The notes beneath the pieces are model-generated. The model saw nothing but the letters and a program-made list of their open reading frames with translations, was not told the DNA's origin and ran no database searches. From the human T2T-CHM13v2.0 reference genome, Homo sapiens, in the NCBI RefSeq assembly GCF_009914755.1, contig NC_060937.1: DNA of 64,000 nt, one strand, 5' to 3'. Made by a program: the position numbers and the translations under genes. How positions within the stretch are numbered: the first letter of the stretch is position 1; every line of letters begins with the position of its first letter. Shown piece by piece: positions 61,479 through 64,000 of the stretch.

Positions 61479-61696
61479 TTGACTGACTTAAATTCAACAG
61501 AACTGTGCTTTGGAGGACATCGTTGCGCTGCTGACTTCTAACACTGAGGTAGGTGACTAGATAGAGCTGGCGCAGGTGACCCAGGCATTGCTCCTTTAGG
61601 GGTGCCTTCTGAGAAAGCAAAAGGAGTTTTACTTTCATGGGACTCTCCTGTCTTAGCTCTAAATTTTCTTATTGTCCCATTGTTTGGTGCAAGTTC

Positions 61697-61967
<271 letters not shown>

Positions 61968-62626
61968 CAGGACGGTGTATTATAAGTTTCAGGATGGTAA
62001 AAGGTGTATGTCTTCTCTTGTAAACAGAGAGAAGGGAGATTGTGAAAGGTACAAGAGGCAGGGGAGCAGCCCACTGAGCTACCCCAGGAATTTCCCTGAC
62101 AATCAGTTTTAAGGAGGACATGCAGAAGTTGAAGATGTGGAACACACATCCCATCTAAGGGGTGACATCCTTCAGTTTGTGGACAGCTGGTCTAATTCAC
62201 TGGAGGAGGAACACAGCTCCCCTGGGGCCATGCTCTGGCCACAGAACAGTGTGCAAGAGGTCATTTATGTTCAGGTAGCTTTTCTTATCTCTCCACTCTT
62301 GCTCTGGTCTTTAACAGCTTTCCTTCAGGGGCACGTAGAGGGCATGGCTGTGATATGCCTGTGTCATGCTTTTTAAAGAGTAGTCCTCCTGGAAAATAAC
62401 TCATCCTTCTCTAGGTCTGGAAGATGACTTTGGCCTCCAGGAGCTGTCTAGCAAAAGCTGAATGCCAGTTTACAGCAGCTGTCTGTTCATACAGACAGGT
62501 CAAGAGGTTTCCTGCCTGGTGGGTGGCTGGACAAAGTGCCCAGGGTGGACGAAGATAGTTACACCATAGGGCCTGAGTGAGCGGGAGACACTAAGATGAT
62601 TCACTGTCTGCTGAGGAGCACCTTGA

Positions 62627-63115
<489 letters not shown>

Positions 63116-63448
63116 AACATTCTGTACTTTTTAAGGGCATGTCTTGTGTTTTGCCTTGTGTTATAATTCTTTAACTACATGTCTCAAGGCCCTTTGAAGA
63201 GAGAGAGTCAATTCCATCTCTATACTTCCCAGCTGTCTAGCTCAATATCTGGTACAGGGCAGGTACTCAGAAATTGCTACCCTATTTCTTCAGATCAAAG
63301 CAGGCACTTCTTCTCTCCACACGTCTAAAGAACAACAGGTTGGGTTCTAAAACCTGATAGCTTCTTCTGGAGCTCCAGCAACAGGCATCCGTGAGCGTGA
63401 GGGAATTGTGATTGTGATCAGGGAATTTGTCATGGATTGATGACCAAG

Positions 63449-64000
63449 TGTGGAAAAACTCAAACTGTTTGTCCTCTGCTCTCATACCCGAAAAATTAGC
63501 ACAGAAGACACCTGTGACCACATGTGTGGGATGTCTCCCCACCAGCAAGCAAGCAATCAATAAGTTCTGGAGGGGACACCAGCTGGGTATCCTCTGGCCC
63601 AGTTTGATTCCAATCTGTCTACGTGGAGATAATGTCAGATCCCACAGGCTGAGGGCTCAGTCCCCAAGATTGCCCCCATCTCTAACTTCTGATGCCAATT
63701 GCAAGCTCCAGGTTATTTTGCCAGTGTTTCTGACCTACTGGCTACAAATTGGGGTTCTCACAACGCTTTCCTTGGCTTCAATCAGTTTGCTAGAGCAGTT
63801 CAGAGAAATACAATTACTGGTTTATGATAAAGGACATTACAAAGGATACAGATGAAGAGACGCATAGGGCAAGATATGGGGGAAGAGTGTGAAACTTCCA
63901 TGACCTCCCAGGAGCCTTCAGGAACCTCCATGAGTTTAGCTATCTGGAAGCTCTCATAACACTGTCCTTTTGAGTTTTTATAGAGGCTTTATCATGTGGG
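63449..64000 (-). mobile_element. MER21-family LTR running off the window end
   Basis: ggacaccagctgggt, tcagatcccacagg..agggctcagtc, atggggg, cagtttgctagagc, ataaagga..acaaaggatacagatgaa. Confidence 0.85.

Overview
Primate (human-like) genomic DNA, AT-rich, with roughly half made of recognisable interspersed repeats (about 25 Alus, L1PA/L1MA/L1MC/L1MD/L1ME fragments, L2, MIR, ERV1/ERVL/MaLR solo LTRs, hAT and Tigger DNA-transposon fossils). One CpG-island promoter at ~12.6-13.7 kb appears to drive a spliced minus-strand transcript running off the left edge: a strong donor at 13313 and small candidate exons at ~10.8, 7.9, 2.2, 0.8 and 0.5 kb. I cannot name the gene; it is either a multi-exon 5' UTR or a lncRNA with small ORFs. 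The remaining ~50 kb is gene-poor upstream DNA. No ORF in the supplied track looks like a real protein, and I see no CRISPR, rRNA, tRNA or novel multi-gene system. The notable observations are structural: a triplicated ~82-bp NRF1 promoter module, an Alu whose A-rich linker is replaced by a 40-bp copy of sequence 2.8 kb away, several templated-insertion scars, local duplications, and nested or inverted retroelements. Repeat subfamily names are from remembered consensus sequences and need RepeatMasker confirmation.
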